Assembly: GCA_964607485.1 (NCBI GenBank)
Contig: CAZSKP010000021.1
Span: 13,500-77,499, forward strand
Source: an uncultured bacterium
Lineage (GTDB): Bacteria; Abyssobacteria; SURF-5
Direction: 5' to 3'
DNA length: 64,000 nt
Positions within the stretch are counted from its first letter, which is position 1. Each line of letters opens with the position of its first letter. Position numbers and translations under genes: made by a program. The notes below the pieces were generated by a model that had not been told where the DNA came from, ran no database searches, and saw only the letters and a program-made list of their open reading frames with translations. Shown here in pieces: positions 15,971 through 24,812 of the stretch.

Positions 15971-18568
15971 TCACTTTTCAACCTTCTTCCTGAGTTCGAC
16001 AAGTTTAGACAGAGCGTCAAGCGGGGTGAGCCTATTGATGTCGAGCTTCCTCAATTCGTCCTCCACGGCCGACACGGGGCCGGGCGCGAAGAGCTGAAGC
16101 TGATTCGACTCCGAACTGCGCCTGAGCTTTCGCCCAGGGTGGCCGCCCTCGAGGTCTGAAAGAACCTGCCGGGCGCGCACGACGACGTCGCCGGGCAGGC
16201 CCGCCAGTTTCGCCACGTGTATCCCATAGCTGTGGTCGGAGCTTCCCTCGATGAGCTTGTAAAGGAATACGACCTGGTTGTTCCATTCCCTGACCGCGAC
16301 GTTCAGGTTTCTCACACGGCCCAATTCCTGGGCGAGATCGGTCAGTTCGTGGTAATGGGTCGCGAACAGCGTCTTCGCCTCCACGTTGTTGTGAATGTAC
16401 TCCGCCACGGCCCAGGCGATGCTCATGCCGTCGTATGTGCTCGTGCCGCGTCCTATCTCGTCGAGAACGATCAGGCTTCGGCGCGTCGCATTGTTGAGTA
16501 TGTTCGCCGTCTCGTTCATCTCCACCATGAACGTGCTCTCTCCGCCCACGAGATTGTCCGACGCTCCCACGCGCGTGAATATCCTGTCCACCACTCCCAT
16601 CCGCGTGCGCCTCGCGGGAACGAAGCTTCCCATCTGCGCCATCAACACAATGAGCGCCACCTGGCGGAGGTAGGTCGATTTGCCGGCCATGTTCGGCCCG
16701 GTTATTATCAGCAGCGAGCCAGCCTCGTCCATGTGAGTGTCGTTCGGGACGAACGGCTGTCCGAGGTTCAACTGCTCGAGAACCGGATGCCTTCCTTCCT
16801 CCACATGTATGCCGAACGAGGTCGTCACCTCCGGCCGGCAATAGTCGTTGGCCGCCGCGATGTGCGCCAGCGATTGAAGCGCGTCGGCCTCGGCGACCAG
16901 CTCTGCGTCCATCTGGATGCGGTCGGCCTGAGCGCACACCTGCTCCCTCAGTGCCTGGAACAGCTCGCTCTCCAGGCCGGCCATCTTCTCCTCCGCCCCG
17001 AGGATGGCGCTTTCGCGCTCTTTCAGTTCGGGCGTGATGAATCGCTCGGCATTGACGAGCGTCTGCTTGCGGATGTAATCGGGCGGAACGAGCGAGAGGT
17101 TGGGCTTGGTGACCTCGATGTAGTAGCCGAAGACCTTGTTGTAGCCGACCTTCAAGGAATTTATGCCCGTGCGCCGTATCTCCTTCTTTTGCAGCCGGGC
17201 GATCCAATCCTTTCCCTCCCTGACGGAATTGCGCAGGGTGTCGAGCTCCGGGCTGTAGCCGTCCCTTATGATGTTGCCCTCGGTCGTGCTCGCCGGAGGA
17301 GCGTCAACGAGCGCCCTGGCTATCAGCGAGCTCACGTCCTCCAGCGGGTCGAGCGAACTGCTTATCGATTCAAGCAGACCCGAGGATGTTCCCGCGAGCG
17401 CCTGCTTGAGCGGAGGCATTCTCGTGAGAGAATCCTTGAGCGCCACCATGTCGCGCGCGTTGGCCGTCGGGCCCGACAGCCTGCCCAGCAGCCGCTCGAT
17501 GTCATGAACACCTTTGAGCGTGTCGCGGACTTTCAGCCTCAGGCTGTTCGACTCGACAAGCTGCGCGACGGCGTCCTGCCTGGCCGTTATGCGCTCGACG
17601 CCCATCAGCGGGTGCGTTATCCACGTCCTCAGCTTGCGGCCTCCCATCGACGTGATGGTTGAATCGAGGATGCCCAGCAGCGAGCCCCTCTTGCTCTTGT
17701 CACGGAGCGTCCAGAGCAGTTCCAAATTTCGTTGGGTGTTGGCGTCGAGCATCATGTATTCCGACCGCACAAATGGGGCGGGCCGCTTGAGATGCTGGAG
17801 GGAGGCGCGGTAGGTCTCTCCGATGTAATGAATGATCGCTCCGGCGGCCGACGTAGCCATCGGCATATCGTCGAGTCCCAGCCCGGTCAGGGAATGGAGT
17901 CCGTAATGTGAGGTGATGAGGGAAACCGCCTGCGCCATCGAGAATATCCAGTCCTCGACGGGCCTCAGCGCGATGCCGGGGCAGTTCCTGTCGAGGCATG
18001 CCTTCAGCGTCGAGTCCATCTGCGAGGTAGCGAAGAGAAGCTCCGACGGCCCGATCCTCAGCAGCTCCTCGACGATGAGTTCATGGATATTCGCGCCGTC
18101 TCGCTGCGTCGCCAGAAATTCGCCCGTCGAGACATCGGCGAACGCGACACCGATGCCGTCCTCGGATATGCAGGCGGCGGCCAGATAATTATTGACGTTC
18201 TCGTCGAGCAGTTCCGGCTCAAGCACCGTGCCGGGCGTGATGACCCTGACGACCTCGCGCCTGACGATTCCCTTCGCCTGCTTGGGGTCCTCCACCTGTT
18301 CGCACACGGCGACCGTCTTGCCGGCGCGGAGCAGCTTCGCGATGTAGCTCCTGGCGGCGTGATAGGGGACGCCGCACATGGGAACCCTGTCCTCTTTGCG
18401 CGTGGAGTCGCGGGAAGTGAGCGCGATGTCAAGGATTTCCGACGCGATTTTCGCGTCTTCAAAAAACATCTCGTAAAAGTCGCCCATGCGAAAGAACAGG
18501 ATCGAGTCCTTGTGCATGGCCTTGATACGAGTGTATTGTTTGAACATCGGGGTCAGTTCTTCACTCAC
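15971..18568 (-). CDS. mutS: DNA mismatch repair protein MutS
   Basis: FFRMGDFYEMF, TGPNMAGKSTYLRQ, STFMVEM, DEIGRGTST, FATHYHEL. Confidence 0.99.
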   Translation of the reverse strand: MSEELTPMFKQYTRIKAMHKDSILFFRMGDFYEMFFEDAKIASEILDIALTSRDSTRKEDRVPMCGVPYHAARSYIAKLLRAGKTVAVCEQVEDPKQAKGIVRREVVRVITPGTVLEPELLDENVNNYLAAACISEDGIGVAFADVSTGEFLATQRDGANIHELIVEELLRIGPSELLFATSQMDSTLKACLDRNCPGIALRPVEDWIFSMAQAVSLITSHYGLHSLTGLGLDDMPMATSAAGAIIHYIGETYRASLQHLKRPAPFVRSEYMMLDANTQRNLELLWTLRDKSKRGSLLGILDSTITSMGGRKLRTWITHPLMGVERITARQDAVAQLVESNSLRLKVRDTLKGVHDIERLLGRLSGPTANARDMVALKDSLTRMPPLKQALAGTSSGLLESISSSLDPLEDVSSLIARALVDAPPASTTEGNIIRDGYSPELDTLRNSVREGKDWIARLQKKEIRRTGINSLKVGYNKVFGYYIEVTKPNLSLVPPDYIRKQTLVNAERFITPELKERESAILGAEEKMAGLESELFQALREQVCAQADRIQMDAELVAEADALQSLAHIAAANDYCRPEVTTSFGIHVEEGRHPVLEQLNLGQPFVPNDTHMDEAGSLLIITGPNMAGKSTYLRQVALIVLMAQMGSFVPARRTRMGVVDRIFTRVGASDNLVGGESTFMVEMNETANILNNATRRSLIVLDEIGRGTSTYDGMSIAWAVAEYIHNNVEAKTLFATHYHELTDLAQELGRVRNLNVAVREWNNQVVFLYKLIEGSSDHSYGIHVAKLAGLPGDVVVRARQVLSDLEGGHPGRKLRRSSESNQLQLFAPGPVSAVEDELRKLDINRLTPLDALSKLVELRKKVEK

Positions 18569-18584
18569 CCGAACGTTCTCCTTT

Positions 18585-19691
18585 TCAGAACAGTCCGCCC
18601 TGGGGCAGAAGGGTGACTTTGAGTCCCGCTTCCTTGTTCAACCGGTCCGCCACGGCGAGCGCGGAGTCCCTCGATTCATAGGGTCCCAGCCTCACCGACA
18701 ACACCTCGCCGCGGTCTCCTTTTCTGGTGACCACATAGGCCTTGTAGCCGAGCTTTCTCAGGCGGGCTATGAGGCCCATGGCCTCGGGTTCCGCCTTAAA
18801 GGTCCCCGCCTCGATTATGTGCGCCCGGTTGCTGACGGAGAGGTCGACCTTCAGCCGCGATGCCAGCCCGGCCAGCTTCTGCCCGACGCTCTGCCGCTGA
18901 ATGGCGTCGGGGAAAACGGAGAGAAACCGGCGATACGCCTGGAAAGCGGCGTCATAGTCTCCGCTCTGTTCGTAGATCTCGGCGATTCTGATGTAGCATC
19001 GAGGCGACGCCTGCTCGGGCGACGCGACATCGGATATGACTCCCCGATATTCGTTCTGCGCCTCAAGGAATTTGCCCTCCTGGTACAGCGCGTCGGCATG
19101 AAGCTCTCTGGCGCGGGTCCGCCACGGCTCATCTCGGTATATGGCGAGATAGACTCCCAGATGCCTCTTTGCGGACTCAGTGTCGCCGTCGAGCAGCATG
19201 CATTTCGCCATTCGCAGCCCGGCCTCGGCTTTGAGTCCATCCGCCTCGGGGCTCACGTACACCTGGGAGTAGTGCTTCAACGCCCTCGCCCGGTCTCCCT
19301 TGAGTTCGTAAATTTCTGCAAGGCTGAAATGGGCCTGGACGGAGTAGGGACCGGTTGGAAACTCGATGAGAAAGCGGCGAAACTTCACCATCGCGTCGTC
19401 CACGTTTGTTTCCATCATGGCGTCGAGGAACTGCAGGTGCTCGACCCATCGGCTGTGCGGGTATTCGGAAAAGAACTCCTGGATGCATTCGCGCGCTTCG
19501 GCCCGCTGTTTCGCTTCATAAAGCTCGACACATTTTCGGTAATGCCTCTGGGCGCGCCCGAAGAGGAACCATTGTCCGTATGCTTCTCCGAACGGCAACA
19601 GCAGCATCGCCAGTGAGACCAACATAAGCGCGAGGGCGCGACGATGAGTTTTCATGGTCTCGGGCGCGGATTTTGGCAGGAACCGTTTCAT
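18585..19691 (-). CDS. exported TPR protein with C-terminal SPOR domain
   Basis: signal peptide, BamD/CpoB-like TPR repeats, C-terminal EAGTF..VRLGPYESRDSA; alternative start at 19655. Confidence 0.8.
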   Translation of the reverse strand: MKRFLPKSAPETMKTHRRALALMLVSLAMLLLPFGEAYGQWFLFGRAQRHYRKCVELYEAKQRAEARECIQEFFSEYPHSRWVEHLQFLDAMMETNVDDAMVKFRRFLIEFPTGPYSVQAHFSLAEIYELKGDRARALKHYSQVYVSPEADGLKAEAGLRMAKCMLLDGDTESAKRHLGVYLAIYRDEPWRTRARELHADALYQEGKFLEAQNEYRGVISDVASPEQASPRCYIRIAEIYEQSGDYDAAFQAYRRFLSVFPDAIQRQSVGQKLAGLASRLKVDLSVSNRAHIIEAGTFKAEPEAMGLIARLRKLGYKAYVVTRKGDRGEVLSVRLGPYESRDSALAVADRLNKEAGLKVTLLPQGGLF

Positions 19692-19694
19692 CGT

Positions 19695-21098
19695 TTACTC
19701 TTCAGAATCCTTGCGGCGGCGTTCCGCGTCGAGCGTCGCGCCGACCAGTGTCCAGCCGTCGAGGCGAGAGATGCGGACATCGATTTCCCTCCCGATGAAC
19801 TCGCGGCCGGCTCGAACGCTCGCCGTCCGGTGTCCCCGCGTGCGGCCGAGCAGATGCCCGGCGCGCTTGTCGTCGGGATGCTCCGGAAGGAGCGATTGGG
19901 TCGTGTTCACAAGTTGTCCAAGCCGCTTCAAGCTAATTTTTTTCTGAAAGTCGAGCAGCGACCTGTGCCGCCTGATTATCGTCTGCTTATCCACCTCGTC
20001 GTCGAGCTGGGCCGCCGCGGTGCCGGGTCTGGAAGAATACTTGAAAGTGTAGGCGCCGTCAAATTGTGCCCGCTCGACAAGCCGGCGGGTCTGCTCGAAA
20101 TCCTCGTCCGTCTCCCCGGGGAATCCGACGATTATGTCCGTCGTGAGGCTGATGTCTGGGACGAGCTCGCGGAGCATCCCAACCTTCTCGAGGTATTGCT
20201 CCGACGAATACCGCCGGTTCATGAGCGTGAGAATGCGGGAGGAGCCCGATTGCAGAGGGAGATGCACGTGCTCGCACACTTTTGGCAGGTCACGGACGGC
20301 GCGCATCAGGTCGGTGGAGATGTCCTTCGGATGTGACGTGGTAAAGCGTATTCTGAGGATGCCGGGAATGTTGTCGAGCATCTCAAGCAGACGGGCGAAG
20401 GTGACGTCTGTCTGAAGGTCCTGCCCATACGAGTTCACATTCTGTCCGAGCAGAGTCACCTCCACCACGCCGCTTCCTGCCAGAGCGGTTACCTCTTCCA
20501 CAACCTCGTCCGGTTGTCTGCTTCTCTGAGGTCCACGGACGTACGGAACCACGCAGTAGGAGCAGTAATTGTCGCACCCGCGCATGACCGACACCCACGC
20601 GTGGATGCGCTGCCGGCCAGAACGCATGGCCTGCAGGCGCTTGGGTTCGGGGCCGTCCTCAGGCGCGGCGACGACCGGGCGTTCACCGTCCTCGACCCGT
20701 TTGAGGAGGGTCACTATCTCTGCCACCGCGTTCGGCCCGAAGACGACGTCCACGTGGGGAAACCGCTCGGCCAGCGCCGCCTTCTCCTTCTGCGCGACGC
20801 ATCCGCCGATGCCGACGATGAGCCCGGGCCTCTTCGCCTTGAGCCGCTTGAGCTGCGACACCCTGCTGTAGAGCCGCTGCTCGGCGTGAGCCCTGACGCA
20901 GCACGTGTTGAAGAGTATCACGTTGGCGGTATCGGCATCCTCAGTCATCGCATATCCGGCTTCTTCCAGAAGCCCCGCCGCCATCTCGGAATCATGCTGG
21001 TTCATCTGGCAGCCGAAGGTGATGATATGGACAGATTTCCCCCCGTTTCCCCCGCGTGGGAGTCGGACTGGGCTCTCGGGATTTCTCTTTTCTTCCAT
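19695..21098 (-). CDS. miaB: tRNA-i6A37 methylthiotransferase MiaB
   Basis: TFGCQMN, NTCCVR, GCVAQ, CDNYCSYC radical SAM, RFTTSHP, TRAM domain; start approximate. Confidence 0.95.
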   Translation of the reverse strand: MEEKRNPESPVRLPRGGNGGKSVHIITFGCQMNQHDSEMAAGLLEEAGYAMTEDADTANVILFNTCCVRAHAEQRLYSRVSQLKRLKAKRPGLIVGIGGCVAQKEKAALAERFPHVDVVFGPNAVAEIVTLLKRVEDGERPVVAAPEDGPEPKRLQAMRSGRQRIHAWVSVMRGCDNYCSYCVVPYVRGPQRSRQPDEVVEEVTALAGSGVVEVTLLGQNVNSYGQDLQTDVTFARLLEMLDNIPGILRIRFTTSHPKDISTDLMRAVRDLPKVCEHVHLPLQSGSSRILTLMNRRYSSEQYLEKVGMLRELVPDISLTTDIIVGFPGETDEDFEQTRRLVERAQFDGAYTFKYSSRPGTAAAQLDDEVDKQTIIRRHRSLLDFQKKISLKRLGQLVNTTQSLLPEHPDDKRAGHLLGRTRGHRTASVRAGREFIGREIDVRISRLDGWTLVGATLDAERRRKDSEE

Positions 21099-21400
21099 CG
21101 TCAAGAGATTTGTATGCTGGAGCTTACGCGGTAATGGTTCACTCGGAGAGCTGCAAACAAACTCGGAATGGGCGTGCATCCGGCCTGCGTGGAGTGTAGC
21201 ACAGAGGTCTCTCCCATTGCAAGCGCGTTACCGCCGTCCGGAAGGCATTTCGGGGAACCGGTTGCGTCCGCCGCCCCCTCCATCGGCCCGCTCACTTTGA
21301 CTATTGAGCTGTTTCATGGTAAAATACTTCTGAGTAAAGCACTTAGGATGAGCTATTCCAATATGAAGGGAGCGCACAACACCCACCATGGAGGGAGAAG

Positions 21401-22426
21401 ATGAAGTGCCCCGTTCACAGCGATAGGGATGTAGTCGGATACTGTACCGATTGCGGCGCGTTCGGCTGTGACCGCTGTCTGTCGTCGAAAGGCTCGGGCG
21501 ACACGCTTTGCAAGAAATGTGAAAAGGCCAGGGCCGCCAAGAGCGAGAAGAAGGGGCTCGTCTCGAAACTGCTGGGCGACAAGAAGTCGCCCCCACCCGC
21601 TTCCAGACGCACGCCGCACGGCCGCGCAAGCGTTGCTCGCAAGGCCGCGACAAGCCGGAAGCTCGTCCTCCACTTCAGGAACAAGAAAATCATCAAAGGA
21701 ACGACCTACAAGCTCGATACGCATTCGCTCGGGTTTCACCTCGTGCCCGTCGAACCCGCGGGAAACGACGAGCGGATGTACGTTCATTTTTCCGACCTGA
21801 AAGCCATATACTTCGTGAGAGACTTCGAGGGCAAGTTCGACCCCTCGGAGGCGGTCCATGATTATCCGGCGGAAGGACAGGAGGCCAGGGTCATGTTCGA
21901 CGACGGCGAGATCATCGAGGGCCGGACTCTTCACCATTTCGACCCGTCCTGCCTGCGCTTCTTCATAGCGCCGAAGGAGAACAGGGGAAACAACATCAGC
22001 GTCCTCGTCGAAAGGTCCTGTCTCAAGGGCCTCGAGATAGGCGATTACAAAGAGGGGTCGTTCGCCGAGGAGGAAGAAGTGCTCAACGTTTCCGCTGCCG
22101 GGCCCGCCACCGGGAAAAAGGGCAGAGCTCCGCTCAGCCAGAACGAGTCGATGGGCGACCTCTATTTTTCGATGAAGAACTACGACGCGGCGTTGACTGA
22201 ATACGAGAAGGTCAGGCAGGAATACGCCCACGACAAGCGTCTGGGCTTGAAGATATCCGTCTGCAACTTTAACCGAGGCGTCAACTTCATTAAATCGCGA
22301 AAGTATCTCGAAGCCAAGGCCGAGTTTGAGAAGATAGGCGAAGACGACCCCATATTCGAAAAAGCCAAGAAGAAGATTCGGAAGATAGAGAAGATACTCA
22401 GGGAGGTGGAAAGCATGGGCACGTAG
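21401..22426 (+). CDS. hypothetical protein: B-box-like Zn finger, two tandem beta domains (DUF6982-like), C-terminal TPR
   Basis: CPVH..CTDC..CDRC..CKKC; repeated KLVLHFRNKKIIKG and ARVMFDDGEIIEG units; GDLYFSMKNYDAAL TPR. Confidence 0.75.
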   Translation: MKCPVHSDRDVVGYCTDCGAFGCDRCLSSKGSGDTLCKKCEKARAAKSEKKGLVSKLLGDKKSPPPASRRTPHGRASVARKAATSRKLVLHFRNKKIIKGTTYKLDTHSLGFHLVPVEPAGNDERMYVHFSDLKAIYFVRDFEGKFDPSEAVHDYPAEGQEARVMFDDGEIIEGRTLHHFDPSCLRFFIAPKENRGNNISVLVERSCLKGLEIGDYKEGSFAEEEEVLNVSAAGPATGKKGRAPLSQNESMGDLYFSMKNYDAALTEYEKVRQEYAHDKRLGLKISVCNFNRGVNFIKSRKYLEAKAEFEKIGEDDPIFEKAKKKIRKIEKILREVESMGT

Positions 22427-22774
22427 CCGGCAGCGGCTTGCAGCGCTTTTCCGGGCGCCGGAGCTTGAAGGAGGAGAAACGCTTGTCTTTATTTCCGAAT
22501 ATTATGCCTTCGCTCTCATATTTGCCCTCCCGGCTCGGCGACGGTTGAGTCAAGTTGTTTCACCATTTCCCCGGTTTCCGCAGCGGCGGGATTGGAGTGT
22601 GCGAAGGGCGAATTGCAGAGCAGATTGTGCTTGAATTTGGCGGATTTTGTGCTATAATGAGTCTTCTTGTGAAATTGACTTCATCGAATAAATTCAATTC
22701 ATCTGCCCGTGTGAATCGAAACGCTTTCATCATTTATACTGCTCTCTTGATGAGGGGGAGTGTGGGGAGCACAA

Positions 22775-23506
22775 ATGCGGTATGCAGTCATATGCGATGT
22801 TCACTCCAACCTTGAAGCGTTAGAGGTTGTTCTGGCCGAAATAAAGCGTCAAAGGGCGGATTGCATCGTACATCTCGGAGATATCGTCGGCTACAATGCG
22901 AACCCTAATGAATGTATCGATATATTCATGAAGGAAAACATCACTTCGATCATGGGAAACCACGATGCGGCCGCAAGCGGGTTGGACGACCCCTTGTGGT
23001 TCAACTCCGCCGCCAAGCAGGCCATCATCTGGACGCGGGGGAAGCTCGACCCCAAGAACAGAAAATATCTGCGCAATTTGCCGGAGCAGTTGATATTCGA
23101 GGAGACGATCCTGCTGTCCCACGGTTCTCCCGAAAACCGGGACAACTACATACTCGACTGGATGGACGCAATGCGTCAATTCGCAGTAATGGAAAAGATG
23201 TCGGTTAACGTCTGCTTCTTCGGGCACAGCCATCTTCCCGCGCTGTTTGCCTTTCGGGGTTTCAACCACGACCTGGCTCAACACGGCAAACACAATCTCG
23301 ACAAGAACAACCGCTACCTCGTCAATTTCGGAGGACTGGGCCAGCCTCGTGACGGCGACGCACGAACCTGTTTCGGCATCTTCGACTCCGAAGAGATGAC
23401 CGTCGAATTCTTCAGGCTGAGGTATGATGTGATCAAGTCCGCCAAGAAGGTCGAAAACTCCGGCCTCGACATCTATCTGGCCGAGCGGCTGATGGCGGGT
23501 GTCTGA
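22775..23506 (+). CDS. metallophosphoesterase (calcineurin-like)
   Basis: DVHSN, GDIVGY, GNHD, HGSP, GHSH, GQPRDGD. Confidence 0.93.
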   Translation: MRYAVICDVHSNLEALEVVLAEIKRQRADCIVHLGDIVGYNANPNECIDIFMKENITSIMGNHDAAASGLDDPLWFNSAAKQAIIWTRGKLDPKNRKYLRNLPEQLIFEETILLSHGSPENRDNYILDWMDAMRQFAVMEKMSVNVCFFGHSHLPALFAFRGFNHDLAQHGKHNLDKNNRYLVNFGGLGQPRDGDARTCFGIFDSEEMTVEFFRLRYDVIKSAKKVENSGLDIYLAERLMAGV

Positions 23507-23545
23507 AAGCCGACACATTATCCACCGACGTCTTGGGAGAATCCA

Positions 23546-24133
23546 GTGCGCACGGCAACCATCAAGAGAAAAACAACAGAGACCGACATCGAGGTCAACC
23601 TCGTCATCGACGGCAAGGGCGACTACAAGGTCGAAACCGGCGTAGCCTTTCTCGATCACATGCTTTCCCTGATGGCCAGGCACGGCCTGTTCGATGTCTC
23701 CATCAAGGCCAAGGGCGACCTGAACGTTGACAGTCATCACACGGTCGAGGATGTGGGCCTGTGCCTGGGCACCGCCTTTTCGAATGCGCTCGGGAACAAG
23801 GAAAAGATCGCGCGATACGGCTCCGCCCGCGTTCCGATGAATGAGGCGCTCGCACAGGTTGACGTCGATATTTCCTCCCGGCCTTTCATGGTGCTCAACG
23901 CCGACCTTCCCAGGACGAAGGTGGGGACACAGTTCGACGCGGAGCTCACCCGCGAGTTCCTGCACGCGTTTGCCAATGCGGCTCAATTGACGCTCCACGT
24001 CAACCTCGTGTACGGCGACAATGTGCACCACTGCATAGAGGCAATATTCAAAGCCCTCGGGCGCGCGCTCTCGCAGGCCGCCCGACTGGACGACCGCATA
24101 GAGGGCGTGATGTCCACGAAGGGGGAGTTGTAG
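23546..24133 (+). CDS. hisB: imidazoleglycerol-phosphate dehydratase
   Basis: RKTTETDI, FLDHML, DSHHTVEDVG, NVHHCIEAIFKA, STKG. Confidence 0.98.
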   Translation: MRTATIKRKTTETDIEVNLVIDGKGDYKVETGVAFLDHMLSLMARHGLFDVSIKAKGDLNVDSHHTVEDVGLCLGTAFSNALGNKEKIARYGSARVPMNEALAQVDVDISSRPFMVLNADLPRTKVGTQFDAELTREFLHAFANAAQLTLHVNLVYGDNVHHCIEAIFKALGRALSQAARLDDRIEGVMSTKGEL

Positions 24134-24137
24134 TCAG

Positions 24138-24812
24138 GTGATTGCCATAATCGACTATCAGATGGGCAATCTGAGGAGCGTGCAGAAGGCGTTCGAGCAC
24201 ACGGGATACGAAGCCGTCATCACCGACGACGCGGGAGCGATCGCGGCCGCCGACGGAGTGGTGCTCCCGGGTGTCGGCGCGTTCGGCGATTGCTATCGGG
24301 AGCTCGAATCGCGCCGCCTCGTCGGGCCGCTGCTCGAGTGGATCGATTCGGGGCGTCCCTTCCTCGGAATATGTCTGGGGCTGCAGATTCTGTTCGGCTC
24401 CAGCGAGGAGAGCAAGAGCACGCCCGGCCTCAACGTGGTGCCCGGTCAGGTCCGACGATTCGCCAACGGAAGTCTCAAAGTTCCCCACATGGGATGGAAC
24501 CGGGTGAGCTACTCCGCTCCCCGCGCCGGGTCGGAGGAAGGCCGGAGATGCCCGCTCTTCGAGGGGATCCCCGACGGGACATATTTCTATTTCGTTCACT
24601 CATACTACGTCGTGCCCGACGATTCCACTGTCGTGGCGGGGATGACGGATTACGGCATTTCATTCGCCTCAGCCGTCTGGCGAGACAACGTTTTCGCCAC
24701 GCAGTTTCACCCCGAGAAGAGCCAGGAGGCGGGGCTTAGGCTGATAGAAAATTTCGGCAGGCTGGTCGAAGACGCCCGCGAACGGACACGCACAAAGACA
24801 GGCACGAAATGA
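24138..24812 (+). CDS. hisH: imidazole glycerol phosphate synthase glutaminase subunit
   Basis: IIDYQMGNL, LPGVGAF, GICLG, VPHMGWN, YFVHSY, QFHPEKS. Confidence 0.98.
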   Translation: MIAIIDYQMGNLRSVQKAFEHTGYEAVITDDAGAIAAADGVVLPGVGAFGDCYRELESRRLVGPLLEWIDSGRPFLGICLGLQILFGSSEESKSTPGLNVVPGQVRRFANGSLKVPHMGWNRVSYSAPRAGSEEGRRCPLFEGIPDGTYFYFVHSYYVVPDDSTVVAGMTDYGISFASAVWRDNVFATQFHPEKSQEAGLRLIENFGRLVEDARERTRTKTGTK

